In this document: positions 61,301-64,000 of the stretch, in pieces
How positions within the stretch are numbered: the stretch's first letter is position 1
Layout of the letters: each line of letters opens with the position of its first letter
Assembly: GCF_964355755.1 (NCBI RefSeq)
Contig: NC_092674.1
Location: 8,308,001 to 8,372,000 of the forward strand
Direction of reading: 5' to 3'
Source of the DNA: Antedon mediterranea
Lineage: Eukaryota; Animalia; Echinodermata
Length of the DNA: 64,000 bases
Made by a program: the position numbers and the translations under genes
The notes under the pieces: model-generated
Databases searched by the model: none
What the model saw: the letters and a program-made list of their open reading frames with translations, nothing else
Told to the model about the DNA's origin: nothing

Positions 61301-64000
61301 AGTAGTCTGGTAAACATTTGATGGGATTTTTCCCAAGAACATGCTCGTCTTGATGTGATAGGCTAGCTTCTCCGCAATTCAAACATTGAGAATGGATCAT
61401 TTATTACGCGGAGATAATTTTGATTTAATTCCCACCCAGCCAGACCCTGTCCTGTTCTGTGTGGTGGTGTATCCCTGTTGTGTGCCGGTGGTATGTAGGC
61501 CTCGATCTTTATTGGCGTTTTATTTGGCAGGTCATACGTGCGAGTTGAGTAGGACCTACGAAAGAGGCCTAGGCCAAGGACTAACCATTCATAAACAAAA
61601 CAACTTGGCATTACGATTTTATATTTTAACAGTCTCGATTGTACATTCAGCACTGTACGTATTCCATCTTTTTCATTTTGAAACAAAATAATCATTGGTT
61701 GATTCGAAATCCATATTTACATACCGCCCACCCCATATAGCCAAATACGGTATGATAACCTACGTCATTCTTATAGGATGTTTGCGGTCTGCAAATCGAT
61801 TTCTATACGTGTTTCACAAGTCTGTATTTTCAGACAAAAATCGCGGTCGAAATAAAAACAAATAAATAAAAAAAAAGATAATACAGACTTGGGGCAAGTC
61901 TAGTGCATTATGTGTAGTTGTAATAAGCAATACAATAAACATGGAAAAGATTATAATACATATATTAAAATTGTAAGTATATAACAGATTGTGTTTAAAA
62001 AGATGAGATTATAATTGGCAAAGGCCTACCAAAGTACATGGTTTAAGAAAAACTTATATATTGATTGATTGAATCGGGCATCATTTATATACTGTAAGCA
62101 AGGCTTTAAAATGTGATGTCCTATGTAACAATTAAAAATTGGAAAACAAAAATTTACATTAAAAATCTCAATCTAATGTTTTATATTCTAATGTTGGCGG
62201 AGGCCATAACAAATTGTCTTGCCATACAACATGACCATAAAACATTCCTATTTTCCTATCTAAATAAACAATTTTTCATTCTCTACAAATAAACTAAACT
62301 GGCCTCTTTTGGTATCAGTAAGTTACTGGGTCACCGTATACAGTATGTACAATTGAGACAGTATGACAGAATGTCATTAAATGTATTTTCCAATTTATCA
62401 ATTTGAATACATTGTCACCTTTTGACAGGTGAAATATGTATAGTGCAAAATTTTCTGTAAATAATGTTCATTGTTTGGTTGACATCTCCAATTGTCTTTA
62501 CATCTTCTTTTTTCCTTTCATAATTCAGTCACAGCTGAGTGATTTGAGCCAATTTTCTTTTGTCTTATGGGCCAATGCCAAGTTTTCAAACTGTCTATTT
62601 TAATCCCACTGATTATCAACACATTGTCTTATCCTAGGCCTAGTTTAACTTATTGATAATTTCCCCTCATTATATTATATTCATCATAACTCGGTCACAG
62701 GTGAATTTTGTAGGCCTACAAATGCCAAGCTTTGATTATTTTGTCATTGCAGTATTCTCAGCTGCTGTGGTTGCAATACCTGTGTCTTTACCACCAAGAT
62801 TTTTCTTAGTAATATTTTGTCTGTTTTGTCATCCGTGTCACAGGATGTGGAATTTTACACATCATGTCAAAAAACCATTGTTGGATTTGATCTATGAACT
62901 CATCTTCTCAACTCAAGTTACATTGGATCATTATTCTAACATCTGCCTAACATTATGATGTGTACAAATAAACACTCCAGTGTGATGTTTTTTTTTTTAC
63001 TGTTTATTTGTGAATGAAATCCAGAAGAAACTTAATTAATTACTGTCACAGGTTCACACACAAAACATCACGAGTAAGTTAATCATGATCAACTCTGAAT
63101 GTGAATGTAAAAATGAATATCTATTATTCCAAACTCACAGCTGTAAAAATTGGAATAATTTTGTAGTTTTATTAAAAACTTTCATTCTTTATTACTATTC
63201 AGGAAATTTACATTAGGTCAGCTTCCTTCCTGAGTAATTCATGTCAATTTAATAAGGTTTTAAGGATACATAACTGTACTAAACTTTTATTAGAAAATTT
63301 ACCAGATACAAAACTTACATATTTTCTATAGCAGAGCATACACTTATTAAATAATCTTAATCTATTATAAATAAATATTTCTATGCATTTATTTATAAGC
63401 ACACTTTTTTTATTCTTGGTGAAATTCAAAATTTATTGTAAAGAATAGCTGTGAAAAAGTACATTTTTATTAAATTTATATCATCTATTTATTAAAGATG
63501 TATGGTATTGTCACCAAAAAGAATGAAAATATGGAAATTAATAAAATCAGATTTCACTACTACTTCTGTAGAAAAATTAAGCGAAAAAAAATAATCCATG
63601 TCACTTAAAAAGACAAAATAAATTGTTAAATTCAACCAAAAACTTGTTTCCTTTCAATTACAGTTTTTTCAGGTAAACAATTGTTTTTTTCCATCTTGTT
63701 TTTGATCAAAGTAAACAAATATGTGACATTAAAATAGCATATAACAAAATCGTCAATAAAAAAAATGTTTATAGGCCTATTGTTAAAACAATAAACATAT
63801 ATTTTTTAAATGTGTGTTTCTTACCACTTGCAGCAACCAAGCGTAATTCCTCCATGTAGCACAGAGACCAATGATTCCTGAGGCGAACATAAAGACGCCG
63901 GTACCAATTAAGGCGTACGGAACTTTAGAATAATCTGACGTGGATAACGCCAAGTACATCTTAAGTTCTATTACGCCCCATAGGCCGATTACTAGCATTG
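52334..64000 (-). CDS. TSPAN7: Tetraspanin-7/6-like (5' end outside the window)
   Basis: Phase-0 GT-AG exons 64000-63825, 59494-59420, 59259-59164, 58206-58015, 53473-53390 and 52402-52334. Has PYALIGTG..GIIGLCAT, a large loop with CCG/PWSCC/GCY, and a C-terminal NKYEMV like the TSPAN7 YEMV tail. Confidence 0.9.
52955..53351. mobile_element. Kolobok-like MITE with an inserted L2/SINE-type 3' tail
   Basis: TTAA-agatgtattg ... taatacatct-TTAA. The insert at 52981-53046 ends gcgctatataag...(tta)n. Confidence 0.7.
55340..55550 (+). mobile_element. SINE fragment with a Deu/Nin-type conserved core
   Basis: gtcttctcggaaaaggactataaactgtaggtcc...taaagaacc...gagtaggggttccccggtgt resembles the Deu/Nin SINE central domain as recalled. 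It ends in an A/T tail. Confidence 0.55.
56450..57210. repeat. Degenerate ~165-bp tandem repeat, ~5 copies
   Basis: Recurring atgcaaattaact..taaatcac..caatccatttt..gtcataatttcac..catatagaaaatgc modules. Confidence 0.7.
58553..59120. repeat. 86-bp minisatellite, ~6.3 copies, rich in TTAGGG/TTAGTG/TTAGGC hexamers
   Basis: Unit gtagggtcaaacattagtgccacttcttaggcctcaaggattagtgcccacattagggttaaaggaatgaatgtttagtgcctcat. Confidence 0.93.
59870..60082 (+). mobile_element. Degenerate copy of the Kolobok-like MITE family
   Basis: Shares ttaaattcaaccaaaaac..ttacagttttt.cagg..ttttgatcaaagt..tgtgacattaaaat with 53140-53320 and ends tacatcttt. Confidence 0.6.
60253..60389. repeat. Tandem duplication (~79-bp period)
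   Basis: aaaaatgtccccttrctataggctacaagctgatgaggtgcacttgtacattatcata occurs twice. Confidence 0.85.
63496..63770 (+). mobile_element. Degenerate copy of the Kolobok-like MITE family
   Basis: Starts TTAA-agatgtat and has the same internal motifs as 52955-53351. Confidence 0.6.

Overview
AT-rich, intron-rich animal genomic DNA (invertebrate; possibly echinoderm, which is an impression only). I reconstructed five spliced protein-coding genes by hand from GT-AG junctions and reading-frame phase. They are TMEM126-like (minus, 3428-5870), a 9-coding-exon SYCE1-like synaptonemal complex gene that the ORF track almost misses (plus, 8946-18815), a complete 11-exon EFHC2 (minus, 25949-36360, 747 aa), a Myb/SANT-like (MSANTD/FSBP-type) gene with an internal QNQVILxHDQH repeat (plus, 43852-47127), and the 3' part of a TSPAN7-like tetraspanin (minus, 52334 to the window edge). 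The first four form two head-to-head pairs whose promoter flanks are filled with TAGGCCTA/GCTAGC tracts. The rest is dense in mobile DNA: an RTE-like LINE carrying three nested insertions, a Gypsy pol relic, SINEs, many MITEs with resolvable TIRs and TSDs, and several minisatellites, two of which arose inside DNA transposons. No CRISPR array, rRNA or true tRNA gene is supported. All homology calls come from recalled family motifs, not from database searches.
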